Below, one piece after another: positions 1 through 9,216 of a stretch of DNA of 56,067 bases. Origin of the DNA: Bdellovibrionota bacterium FG-2 (lineage in GTDB: Bacteria > Bdellovibrionota > UBA1018); NCBI GenBank assembly GCA_051382305.1, contig JBBCAV010000224.1, positions 1 to 56,067 on the forward strand, in the 5' to 3' direction. The position numbers and the translations under genes are program-made. How positions within the stretch are numbered: the first letter of the stretch is position 1; every line of letters starts with the position of its first letter. The notes beneath the pieces were generated by a model, which saw only the letters and a program-made list of their open reading frames with translations, searched no databases and was not told the DNA's origin.

Positions 1-180
1 GTACCCCACCTCGGCTCGAAGCTTATTCACCTCGATCTGAAGCAAGATGCTTTGGTTAGTATGATTGCTCGGCGAGGATGAGTAGCACATGCGCTACAGA
101 AACATTATCGCGGACTCTTTGGTGTGTCCAGCTCTTATTTCGGAATCATCAGAAAAACCTAACGCGGGTTTACTGAATGC

Positions 181-523
181 TTACCGAAAACTTGCGCGTT
201 CTAAGTGCGGAATGTAGGCTGTAGCGCCAAAGCCGATTTCATAGAAATAAGTTCCGGCCGGCCTGTGGGCCCCAACTGCGTCTAGACACGAGGGGAAAGA
301 AGTGAATTCTGCAGCATACGTTTTTTCAGCAGAATAGATTTGCGACCACATGAGTTTCACTTCAGCTTGTTTCGACTTGGCCACGTAGCTTTGATAAGCC
401 GGAATCGCAATGGCCCGCCAAAATGCCTATGATCGCGACGACTATCATGAGTTCGACAAGCGTGAAACCGTGAGGTTGAATCGTCCGAAGGATCAAGCGC
501 GGAGGCATAATTGATTTTATCAT
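181..523 (-). pseudogene. Type IV pilin (PilA-like), frameshifted and short
   Basis: The minus strand reads ...QPHG/FTLVELMIVVAIIGILA then leaves frame. Removing one base from the C3 run at 414-416 restores AIAIPAYQSYVAKSKQAEVK..., joining ORF 181..384. Start is ATG 523 or 508. Confidence 0.85.
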
Positions 524-585
524 AGGCCCAGGCGAACTGCAGGAAATTCAGGATTTAGTAGGGCAGCTATGCTACATCCCCCCTT

Positions 586-858
586 ATGAGTATTGAAAAT
601 GAAAAATATCCGCAGCCCAAAAATGCGTTTCGTATTGACCTGACCTTCACGAGCGCCCGCCCACGCCTTGACCAGGCGTTGCTCGAAGCGCTTCGAAAAC
701 AAGACCGCAATCTAGATTTGAGATCAATTTCACGCTCCGCCTTCAAGGAGCTTTTCAAACAGCGCCGAATCAAAATTAAAGGCCAAAACGCCTTACCGGC
801 CTCAGGACTCGCGAGTGGCACAACAACGGTGGATATCCTTGGCTTCGAGGTTTCTTAA
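586..858 (+). CDS. Stand-alone S4-like RNA-binding protein
   Basis: RLDQAL...ISRSAFKELFKQRRIKIKG matches the S4 motif; 90 aa. Confidence 0.7.
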   Translation: MSIENEKYPQPKNAFRIDLTFTSARPRLDQALLEALRKQDRNLDLRSISRSAFKELFKQRRIKIKGQNALPASGLASGTTTVDILGFEVS

Positions 859-950
859 TACCAGGCCCCTCCCGTAACGCGCCACGCTATGTGACGAAAA
901 TTTGCAGATCGCTCTTTTGTTGGGGGCCAATCTAAGATCTAATTGAAGGG

Positions 951-3206
951 GTGAATAAAAGTGCGTGGTCCTTTTACATAATCGGTCTTTTGTCGTTTCT
1001 CGCCGGGGCCTGCTCCAATGGAGAACGACCGCTCGTTGGGGCTCACATCTCGCTTGTTTACGAAGACCTATCTTCACCCAACCGCTCTTTTGAATCATGG
1101 AACCTTGACAGCCCCAATAGGCTTCTTGATTTCACGTGTTTCTACATCAATATCACCGGAGAGGGGATCACGGGCGCCGACCCCCTGGAAAAATGCAGCA
1201 TTTCTGATTGGCCCATTTTTGGTACCCAGGGCATTGGCGTAGGCCCTTTTGAAGACGGACAAACGCTCGTCGTCGAAATCCCCTCAGGCTTGCGGCGCAA
1301 GTTCGCAGTCTACGGTCTCTATTCGAGCACCGGTAGTTGTAGTGATGCGGCCGCGGGACTCGCGACTTTTGACGGTTTTTTCTTGGGCGCATCGACGATT
1401 GATTTGTCGCAGGATACGACCGTCAGCATTCCGATCGCGTTTTCTACCGCCCACGATCCGGTGTTTTCTTGCACACCCAAAGACACGCCATCAATCCCAG
1501 GAGACTTACCCACGCTTTCAGTTGACAGCGTTTCCAAAAGCGAAGGAGATGCAGGGATTTCGACTATGGTTTTTACGGTCACTCAGAGCAAAATCAGTTC
1601 AACCCCCACTACTTTTTATTGGACGACCTCGGACGGCACCGCAACGGCCGGCTCCGATTATGCTTCGGTATCCTTGACGGAAGCAACAATCCCTGCAGGC
1701 AAAACGACCGCCACACTCAATGTCCCGCTCAACGGCGACACCACCTCCGAGACTGACGAAACATTTGCGGTGACTCTGAGCAGCCCCACAAACGCGACGA
1801 TCTTAAATGCAACGGGCACGGGCACTATCACCAATGACGATTCAGCTCCGACTCTATCCATTGACAGTGTTTCCAAGTTCGAAGGCAATACCGGTCTCAC
1901 AACATTTACCTTCACAGTCACCCAAAACAAGGCAAGCGCAGTAGCAACAACTTTTAACTGGGCGCCCTCACCAGGCACTGCACTCGCAGGGCCGGATTTT
2001 CTACTCACTCCCTCTACCCAGGCTGTGATCCCTATTGGCGCCACAACAGCCACACTCAATGTCTCGGTCATCGGCGACACCGTGGGTGAGAGCGACAAAA
2101 CGTTTTCGGTTACGATAAGTAACCCCACAAACGCGACGATCGCGAACGGGACGGGCACGGGCACGATCCTTAATGATGATATTTGGAACGCCTTGGGGAA
2201 TACAGGTGTAACTGGCGCAATAACACAAAGTGCTTTTTATGTAAGTGGGGATGTCCCCTATTTTGCGTATACGACTTTCACTTCGGGAAATTCGGACCTG
2301 ACAATAAAAAAATACGAAGGATCAAACTGGACTAGTGTTGGAAGCACTCTGACCATTACGGGTACTGTCGCCAATCTCTCACTTTTTGTTTTAGGAAGCA
2401 CTCCTTACGTTGCTTTTTCAGATGCTACTTTCGGATACCCATTGACTGTCAAAACGTTCATTTCTTCAAGCTGGAGTGATGTTGATAATACCGGCTATTC
2501 AACGGGGACTGTCACCGCGACCTCATTATCCGGCAATGCGAACAATCTTTTTGTTGCCTACATAATAGGACAGGGTACCGCATACACAGCAGGTGTAAAA
2601 CAAATTTCTATTCCTAGCGGAACAACTTGGACCGAACTTAATACAACCTTGCCCGGTAGTTCAAATCAGGGATCCAACATATCACTTCGCCTTTATGGGA
2701 ACATCCCCTATGTAGCTTTTGGAAATAATACTGGTGCTTTAACGGTGGAAAAGTTTGAAAACGCGAGCTGGGGGCAAGTGGGAACCACCCCCCCCACTGG
2801 AGTATCTAATATTTCACTAGCACTCAGTAATACCGGCAATCCCTTTGTAGCATTTCAAAGTTCAGTAACAGGCGCAAATGCGACCGTTGTGACCCTCAAT
2901 GGCTCTGCTTGGTCAACTCTAGGATCCAGCCTGTCTGCAGGCGCATCCGCCTATAACTCACTGTATCTCGATAGTAACAACACACCCTACCTTGCTTTTA
3001 ACGATACCGTAGGAGCAGGCCAATTTTGTCTCAAGACTAAGAAACATGCCGGAGGAACTTCGTGGAACACCGTAGGGCCCGAATGCATCACCTCTGGGGC
3101 CGCTCATTTCGGCAGCCTCTTCGCCAATGACGGAGGCACGCTCTTTCTAGGGTTCCAGCTCATGGGCTCCCTCAATACACTCACGGCCCTAAGTTTTGCT
3201 CCTTGA
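951..3206 (+). CDS. Surface lipoprotein/adhesin with two Calx-beta domains and a C-terminal repeat (beta-propeller-like) region
   Basis: Lipobox LAGAC; two PTLSxDSVSKxEG...GTGTIxNDD units; repeated xPYVAF/W motifs in the C-terminus. Confidence 0.8.
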   Translation: MNKSAWSFYIIGLLSFLAGACSNGERPLVGAHISLVYEDLSSPNRSFESWNLDSPNRLLDFTCFYINITGEGITGADPLEKCSISDWPIFGTQGIGVGPFEDGQTLVVEIPSGLRRKFAVYGLYSSTGSCSDAAAGLATFDGFFLGASTIDLSQDTTVSIPIAFSTAHDPVFSCTPKDTPSIPGDLPTLSVDSVSKSEGDAGISTMVFTVTQSKISSTPTTFYWTTSDGTATAGSDYASVSLTEATIPAGKTTATLNVPLNGDTTSETDETFAVTLSSPTNATILNATGTGTITNDDSAPTLSIDSVSKFEGNTGLTTFTFTVTQNKASAVATTFNWAPSPGTALAGPDFLLTPSTQAVIPIGATTATLNVSVIGDTVGESDKTFSVTISNPTNATIANGTGTGTILNDDIWNALGNTGVTGAITQSAFYVSGDVPYFAYTTFTSGNSDLTIKKYEGSNWTSVGSTLTITGTVANLSLFVLGSTPYVAFSDATFGYPLTVKTFISSSWSDVDNTGYSTGTVTATSLSGNANNLFVAYIIGQGTAYTAGVKQISIPSGTTWTELNTTLPGSSNQGSNISLRLYGNIPYVAFGNNTGALTVEKFENASWGQVGTTPPTGVSNISLALSNTGNPFVAFQSSVTGANATVVTLNGSAWSTLGSSLSAGASAYNSLYLDSNNTPYLAFNDTVGAGQFCLKTKKHAGGTSWNTVGPECITSGAAHFGSLFANDGGTLFLGFQLMGSLNTLTALSFAP
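1509..2180 (+). repeat. Tandem duplication of a Calx-beta unit (339-bp period)
   Basis: Units start at 1509 and 1848 and share DNA blocks such as cccacaaacgcgacgatc and acgggcacgggcac. Confidence 0.85.
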
Positions 3207-3233
3207 GATTCGCGCAGCCCCAAAAAATCTGAC

Positions 3234-5255
3234 TCAAAACAAAAACACCAAACTCCCCATAAACACACTCTCGAAACGCCGCTCGGACACGTCTTCCATC
3301 GCCCCTTTTCGCATCAAACGTTCATAACTAAACTTCAGCTTCACCCACTCCGCCGGAAACGTATAAGTCACCCAAAACTTCAGCTGCTCGCGCACGTCGG
3401 TAATATTTGAATCCCGGGTCACCTTCGATTGAAACCGATCCTCGCCTTCAATCGAATCAAAAGCGTCGTACTGCAGCTCCGCCCCCAATTCAAAATGCTT
3501 GTATTTCGCACTGATTTGCGGCCGAATCGTGACGCCCATCGCGTAGTAGTATTTTTGATTTCTTAGCACGCTCTTAAGTTCTTCCGCAGCTTGCGCCCCA
3601 TTTTTGCCCAGCCATCGATCATAGCTGTAGGAGCGCACCAACGCAAAATCCCCAAACACATCGAGTTTCGCGCGAATTTGAACCCCATTATGATAATAAT
3701 TAAGTTCCATGGTCGGGCCCAGGACATTTACGATCCCAAGCTTATCGTCAATTCCCGAATTATTGGTCTGAGTCGAATGCTCATAAGCACTCGCAACGCC
3801 GACAAAGAAGCTATACCCCTTTAGATCCCCACGCTTATCTTCCACAATACTTTGCTTATAGTATCCGGCCAAAGCCGCCTTAAAAAAGAACGTCAAACTC
3901 GACCAATCCTCCGAACCCGTCGCCCCCTTGATCAAAAGTTGCGAAAAATTACCGTCGGTCAAGATCCGTTTGACTTGCCCGGGTTTTCCATAATCCTTGA
4001 CGTTAATCAGCTCCGTTCCCAGAGTGACTTCATAAAAGTGGGAATCTAATTTTCCGGCAACCATTTCTCGACCCATGCCAAGCTCAAGCTTGAGCTCATG
4101 CCAGATGTCATTCGTAAAACCAAAGCGATCCAAGTTTTGGGAACGAGTAGGATAGGTCGAATCGACCCAATTGTGAAACCGATGTTGAGTCCCAAAAATC
4201 ATCCCCAAAGTTTTCGTAACCAAATTCCCATCACTACGCTCAAAGAAGGCTCCCAACTGGGAAAACACCTCACCAATGGCCATCCCTGCTACAGGAGTTA
4301 GAATAACGTCATTGATGCTTACTTTTTCTCGAAACTCGCCAAAATATTCCCACACCGTCGCCGCCGCCACGGAAAACAAGAACGACTCCAAGATGTTCAG
4401 ATTATTGGATCGCCCCGTTAAATAGAAGGCAGTGCCGGATTTCGCATGCTCAAAAGCATTGGTTTCAAAGGCGTTATTATCAAAGCTCACGCCGCCCGGA
4501 TCAAGAGTGAGCTTTTTTCGCCAGCTCTCCCAGTTCCAGTCCAAATCCCAATCGGGCGTGTTTAAGTCCGAGTCAGACCAATACCAAATCGAACCCGCCC
4601 CCAAGAAGGCCAGGAGCTCTATTCCTGCCCGAAGATAGTTTCGCTGTTTAAAATTTTCTTGCTGAAACAACGAATATGCAAAAGCAAACTCAACCACCTG
4701 ACCTGAAAGGCGATCGACATACTCCCCTTCTTCATTCAAAACGATTCGCTGGGAGTTTCTCACGCCCTGCGCAAGCAAAATTTCTTTGGCTAAACGATCA
4801 TGCGAATCATATTCGAAAAAATTAACCATCAACTTCTGAATGGCGAGGGACTGTGAGTCCTCGCTCCCCGGCGCAATCAGCCACTCCAGCCGCGTGATAT
4901 CGGAGGGGTCACGCAGAACCGAAATATTTTCAACCGCAAAAACCACGGTTCCATCGCTTCGTTTTTTTCGATCAAAGCGATATTTAAAAATCCCCTTTGA
5001 CTGCGCTTCTTTTTCGGAAGCTGTGCCGCTCAGTGCGCATTGCGTTTCAGGCAGAATTTTTCGCGCCTGCGCAATCGCCTTATAAAGGTCCGCGCAACGC
5101 TTCTGAATCTGTGAAACCGATACGACTTCCTCCTGCTCATCTATGGAAAGCAGAAATCGATTCCCAGGACCCGAGACATCCGGTGAGCCGGCTCGTGCAA
5201 GAATTGAAAAAAAGCCAAAAAAGGCCAAAATTGCAGCGTTCTTAATGTAAAACAT
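3234..5255 (-). CDS. DUF3943-domain protein with probable C-terminal outer-membrane beta-barrel
   Basis: Signal peptide from ATG 5255; motif N..EH..SG...R.NN...S...WEY..E...S.ND...TP..G...GE; C-terminal Phe. Confidence 0.7.
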   Translation of the reverse strand: MFYIKNAAILAFFGFFSILARAGSPDVSGPGNRFLLSIDEQEEVVSVSQIQKRCADLYKAIAQARKILPETQCALSGTASEKEAQSKGIFKYRFDRKKRSDGTVVFAVENISVLRDPSDITRLEWLIAPGSEDSQSLAIQKLMVNFFEYDSHDRLAKEILLAQGVRNSQRIVLNEEGEYVDRLSGQVVEFAFAYSLFQQENFKQRNYLRAGIELLAFLGAGSIWYWSDSDLNTPDWDLDWNWESWRKKLTLDPGGVSFDNNAFETNAFEHAKSGTAFYLTGRSNNLNILESFLFSVAAATVWEYFGEFREKVSINDVILTPVAGMAIGEVFSQLGAFFERSDGNLVTKTLGMIFGTQHRFHNWVDSTYPTRSQNLDRFGFTNDIWHELKLELGMGREMVAGKLDSHFYEVTLGTELINVKDYGKPGQVKRILTDGNFSQLLIKGATGSEDWSSLTFFFKAALAGYYKQSIVEDKRGDLKGYSFFVGVASAYEHSTQTNNSGIDDKLGIVNVLGPTMELNYYHNGVQIRAKLDVFGDFALVRSYSYDRWLGKNGAQAAEELKSVLRNQKYYYAMGVTIRPQISAKYKHFELGAELQYDAFDSIEGEDRFQSKVTRDSNITDVREQLKFWVTYTFPAEWVKLKFSYERLMRKGAMEDVSERRFESVFMGSLVFLF

Positions 5256-5363
5256 AGTAGAAAGGCTATATCGCGGCGCATTATCAAATGTCAAGACAAT
5301 CCAGCCGCACTGCAACACAATGAATTAGTCCAAAATATCTATCACTTAGACCCCAGAATGGTA

Positions 5364-5392
5364 TTGAACAATAGGAGATGTTTTCCTAGACT
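5364..5392 (+). promoter_or_regulatory. Sigma70-like promoter of uppP (leaderless geometry)
   Basis: TTGAAC-N17-TAGACT, then 6 nt to ATG 5399. Confidence 0.55.
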
Positions 5393-5398
5393 CACCCC

Positions 5399-6226
5399 AT
5401 GACGTTGTTTCAAAGCATCATCTACGCAATCATTCATGGCTTTAGTGAATTTGTCCCCGTGAGTTCCTCCGCTCACCAATTCGCCATCACCTATTTTCTG
5501 GGTTGGACGCCCCCCCCCGAGGCCGCGCTCCTTGCGCTGAACTTAGGCGCACTACTAGCCATCTTGGGCTATTTTATTCACGATTGGGCGAGCATGATTT
5601 CGAGCACGCTTCAAGTCATTCTCTTTAGAAGACGCCCCATGACCATGGACGAACGACTCCCGCTCTTTATCCTCATCGCTACGATCCCGCTTGGGGCCGC
5701 GTGGCATACGATTAGCGCGACGATTGCCCAAATTACTTGGACGCCCTTGCTCTATGCCGAAAGCCTCGCGGCCTTTGGATTACCGCTTTGGATCGCTGAT
5801 TCCCTGAGCAAGAAAAACAAAAGAATGCTCGATTGGAACTGGTTTGACTCCATCGCAATCGGAATCGCCCAACTCACCGCCCTCATTCCAGGCTGCGGGT
5901 TTTCCACAAGCGCCATGGCGGGAGGACTGCTTAGAAACTACAGTCGCGAAGCCGCCGCTAAATTCACCTTCTTCATCATGGCCCCGGTGCTTGCGGCAAA
6001 ATGTGTGGGACTTTTGCGCGATCCAGGATTCACTCATCCTTCGGCGGGCTCCGATTACACCTGGCTCACCTTCTCCATCACGCTCCTTGTGACCCTGCTC
6101 ACGAGCCTTCTGGTCATCGGGGGAATCCTAAAACATAACGATCGTGGGCTCAGATCCTACACAATGTACCGATGCCTACTGGGCCTCTCAATTGGGGTGA
6201 TCTACTGGTATCGCTCTACTCATTAA
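5399..6226 (+). CDS. uppP: Undecaprenyl-diphosphate phosphatase family (BacA/UppP) with a degenerate second motif
   Basis: GFSEFVPVSSSAH, GxAQxxALIPG, REAAAKFTF and a C-terminal YR; multiple TM segments. Confidence 0.85.
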   Translation: MTLFQSIIYAIIHGFSEFVPVSSSAHQFAITYFLGWTPPPEAALLALNLGALLAILGYFIHDWASMISSTLQVILFRRRPMTMDERLPLFILIATIPLGAAWHTISATIAQITWTPLLYAESLAAFGLPLWIADSLSKKNKRMLDWNWFDSIAIGIAQLTALIPGCGFSTSAMAGGLLRNYSREAAAKFTFFIMAPVLAAKCVGLLRDPGFTHPSAGSDYTWLTFSITLLVTLLTSLLVIGGILKHNDRGLRSYTMYRCLLGLSIGVIYWYRSTH

Positions 6227-6245
6227 GCTAAACTGCTTTCGCAGT

Positions 6246-6770
6246 TTACTGACTACAAAGAATCTGCCCCGCCAATATCCTTGAATTGATGTCGCTTCTT
6301 GCAGAAGCGGAAAGATAAGAATAAGGGCAAACCGCCACCCCATCCACGATCACAGCCAATCGCACAACAATTCCACCGGTAGCGGCACTCGTTCCCACCA
6401 CCTGCCCCGCACTCACATAATCGCCAATACGAACACTCACCGAAGCCAACCGACTCAAGCGAGTGGCGACATGCGCATTGTGAACGATCACGATTTGGGT
6501 CGAATCAATACCACTCACATATCCTGCAAGCGGAGCGGCAACATTCTGAGAAACAGCAACCGCAAGCGTATTGTTAAGCTCAAAGCCATCAGTCGATGCA
6601 CTAAACGGGGTCAAAGTATTAAAACTTGTCACCGCAACAGGAAGCGCAATCTCCCCCACAAAGGTCTTATTGGGATCGCCCAACGTTGACATCGGCTCAT
6701 TGCCTGCAGTCCCACAAGCTGAAGCCCCAAGCATCACAAGACAGCATAGGGTTAGACTAAATATCTTCAT
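6246..6770 (-). CDS. Lipoprotein with degenerate M23/LytM-like domain
   Basis: Lipobox LGASAC; VAAPLAGYV...VRIGDYVSAGQVVG; no HxxxD or HxH. Confidence 0.65.
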   Translation of the reverse strand: MKIFSLTLCCLVMLGASACGTAGNEPMSTLGDPNKTFVGEIALPVAVTSFNTLTPFSASTDGFELNNTLAVAVSQNVAAPLAGYVSGIDSTQIVIVHNAHVATRLSRLASVSVRIGDYVSAGQVVGTSAATGGIVVRLAVIVDGVAVCPYSYLSASARSDINSRILAGQILCSQ

Positions 6771-7348
6771 ATCTTCCACCTCAGTGAAAAGACGGAACTC
6801 CAAGTCGAAAGCGCGCTGCTCTTCAAATAGAAAATCGTATACGGGAATTCCACCGAACCATTTAGAAATTTAAAAAACGGAATCTCTACCCCCGGCACAA
6901 TTCGGGCCGCAAACGAGGTCGCCGAATTCTGCGCAAGGCCGGTATCGCTGGTGTACTTCAAACCATCCCAGACCCAGCCCGCTTGAAAACCAAGAGTGGT
7001 AGACACACCCAAAACCGAAGGGGCTTCAATGGGAGGGCTTTTCAACCGTAGCCCAGCAAACGTGCCCCAGAAATTCAACTTCACATCCGCAAGTTGATTC
7101 ACTTGGTAGGACTGATAAATTTCGGACGCGAAGGCCTCAACACTGTTGCCAAGACCGATCTGGTCAATGACAACATCTCCCTGATAGGCCGATTGTCGGG
7201 TCAATAAATTCGCCGAATTTCCAAAAATCTTGACCGTCGAATACCCAAAGCCTATCTGAGAAATTCCCGCAAAGGCACTCCCCTGAAGGACTAGCATTGC
7301 GGCAACAAGAAAAAAAACGCTTCGCCAACGGAGAGATTTATCCCTCAC
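6767..7348 (-). CDS. Small outer-membrane beta-barrel protein
   Basis: Signal peptide (SAFA), alternating beta-strand pattern, aromatic C-terminus (LRWKI). Confidence 0.55.
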   Translation of the reverse strand: MRDKSLRWRSVFFLVAAMLVLQGSAFAGISQIGFGYSTVKIFGNSANLLTRQSAYQGDVVIDQIGLGNSVEAFASEIYQSYQVNQLADVKLNFWGTFAGLRLKSPPIEAPSVLGVSTTLGFQAGWVWDGLKYTSDTGLAQNSATSFAARIVPGVEIPFFKFLNGSVEFPYTIFYLKSSALSTWSSVFSLRWKI

Positions 7349-7638
7349 TTGGCACCGCTTTGACCGTAATCCACCATTTCTTTAAGTTCCTTGCCTACTT
7401 TGAAAAAAGGAACCCGTTTAGGTGGAACTTGAACGACTTGACCTGTCTTAGGGTTTCGCCCCTGATAGCTTCCATAACTGCGATTCACAAAGGATCCAAA
7501 ACCTCGGATCTCGATTCGATCGTCTTTCTTAAGTGCATCCGACATCATGTCAAAAACCATATTGACTACGAGCTCAGCCTGTTTGTGCTGAAGATGCGCT
7601 TTTTCGGAAATAATATTGATGAGATCTGCTTTAGTCAT
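7345..7638 (-). CDS. ihfB: Integration host factor beta / HU-family DNA-binding protein
   Basis: MTKADLI...RIEIRGFGSF...GRNPKTG...PFFKVGKELKE; SD aggag. Confidence 0.9.
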   Translation of the reverse strand: MTKADLINIISEKAHLQHKQAELVVNMVFDMMSDALKKDDRIEIRGFGSFVNRSYGSYQGRNPKTGQVVQVPPKRVPFFKVGKELKEMVDYGQSGAK

Positions 7639-7703
7639 ATGTTCTCCTGGGTATGCGTTCTACTTTAAGGCTAAAGACAAGTTGCTGCATTTGCAAGGAT
7701 TTT

Positions 7704-8504
7704 TTAACGCCATTTCACAAACGAGATGACGATCTCAAACGCAATGAGCAAAATAATCACCATTTCAAGAAGGTTCTCGCGTTTGGATTTTGACAGATCA
7801 ACGATGATCTCGACCGCCTCTTGGATAATCTTGATCTTGTATTCCAGGGCGCGATAACGAATATCAATCTCGAGCATACTCTTGAGCTCTTGATGCATCT
7901 TGTCTAGCTCAGCATTCTCCCAAGTCTCGTCCGGCGAATCGACAATATAGAGATTAGAAATAATCTCCTGCTTCGTATCCAAACAAAGCCCAATGAACTT
8001 GATCAAATCCTCGGAGCTCTCAAGCATCCGCCCCTGCCGGTGAAGTCGTTTCGAATAGGTATTCGTTTTTTCCAACAGGTTCTCGATCAAAACTTCATAA
8101 TACTCCAACGCAATACTTTCAGCCAAAAGCATGCACGTGATCTTAATCGTCGGAAACGAAAGAGCTGAGACCACCACACGATCAAAAAATACTTTATTAG
8201 TGGACGGCCCCGCACCCTCTTGGAGTTCAAGCAAAAAACCATCGGTTGAACGCGAATGCTCAGCCGGCAAGCGATAATCCTGCATTGCGCTCAATTCCCG
8301 CTCTTGAACTTCGTCAGGAACATTAAAAAATACGACCGAGCCATAGTTATAGATAAACGTAAAAGAATCTTCGGTGTATTTCAGCACCATCTCATAGTTT
8401 GAAAACTCGGAGGGAACCGTAGAGAATCGCTCTCTTAAGTCCTTCAACTTCAGCCGCTCCGCCACGTGGATCGCCTTTATGCGAAACATACTCACGGTAT
8501 TCAC
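7704..8504 (-). CDS. RMD1/DUF155 family protein
   Basis: YGSVVFFN, PDxxWE, LEIxxRY and the C-terminal TM LEMVIILLIAFEI. Confidence 0.85.
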   Translation of the reverse strand: MNTVSMFRIKAIHVAERLKLKDLRERFSTVPSEFSNYEMVLKYTEDSFTFIYNYGSVVFFNVPDEVQERELSAMQDYRLPAEHSRSTDGFLLELQEGAGPSTNKVFFDRVVVSALSFPTIKITCMLLAESIALEYYEVLIENLLEKTNTYSKRLHRQGRMLESSEDLIKFIGLCLDTKQEIISNLYIVDSPDETWENAELDKMHQELKSMLEIDIRYRALEYKIKIIQEAVEIIVDLSKSKRENLLEMVIILLIAFEIVISFVKWR

Positions 8505-9166
8505 GCCGCCCCCCCTTTGACGAAAATGGATTCAATCTGCCGAATCACACCTTCTTCTAGAATCACTGCGTTTTGCACAAAAAGAATAAGCTGTTTTCTC
8601 AGAGAATCCACCAAAGGCTCCCATCTCCCCGCATGCTCCCAGGCCAAGGCGGCCCCCTCTCTCCATTCAATGCGGTTACCCAATAATTGAATCGAAAAAG
8701 CCGACACTTTCCCCTCGCTCAAAGTGTACCAAATCGAATTCTCCATACGATCACGAAGCTCGTTATCTACGCCCTCGACCCAATGGAGTCCAGATCCCAA
8801 AAGCTCAGCCTCAAAACAGGTTCTAACTAAGGATTGTAGCGTTTCTGAGGCTTTTACAAACTCAAAGCCGATCATCCTATCGCTAACATGAATGCACCTA
8901 ATCCTCACCGGAGCCGCAGCGGTTCCCACAAGAAGATGAGCGTCAAACTCGGCCCTTGCGCCGAAAACACTCATCGGCACCCCCCGCACAGCACTCCGAT
9001 CAAGGCCGACTCCCAGTTCGGAGACATTCGAGACTTTAATCTCCGCTTGGACCCCCTCTAGGATCTCCGGACATCGGAGAAAAACCCCTTTTAAGCGTTT
9101 TTGGACGTTAGCCCTAGGAACCTTCCTTCTTGATTCACCCGTTTTTCTTGTGCTGGAAGGCGACAT
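8501..9166 (-). CDS. PilZ-domain protein
   Basis: RRKVPR (RxxxR) and NVSELG (N/DxSxxG). Confidence 0.7.
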   Translation of the reverse strand: MSPSSTRKTGESRRKVPRANVQKRLKGVFLRCPEILEGVQAEIKVSNVSELGVGLDRSAVRGVPMSVFGARAEFDAHLLVGTAAAPVRIRCIHVSDRMIGFEFVKASETLQSLVRTCFEAELLGSGLHWVEGVDNELRDRMENSIWYTLSEGKVSAFSIQLLGNRIEWREGAALAWEHAGRWEPLVDSLRKQLILFVQNAVILEEGVIRQIESIFVKGGAA

Positions 9167-9216
9167 ATCTTCTTCTCTCTCCTTGAATTTTTCTTGAACC
9201 CTGACCTGCTTTTGGC

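Noticed and set aside
1-180. Possible gene fragment at the left edge
   Set aside because: Short open frames exist on both strands but carry no recognisable motif.
951-3206. Diversity-generating retroelement target
   Set aside because: The repeats are ordinary domain duplications without adenine-specific mismatches, and no reverse transcriptase is present.
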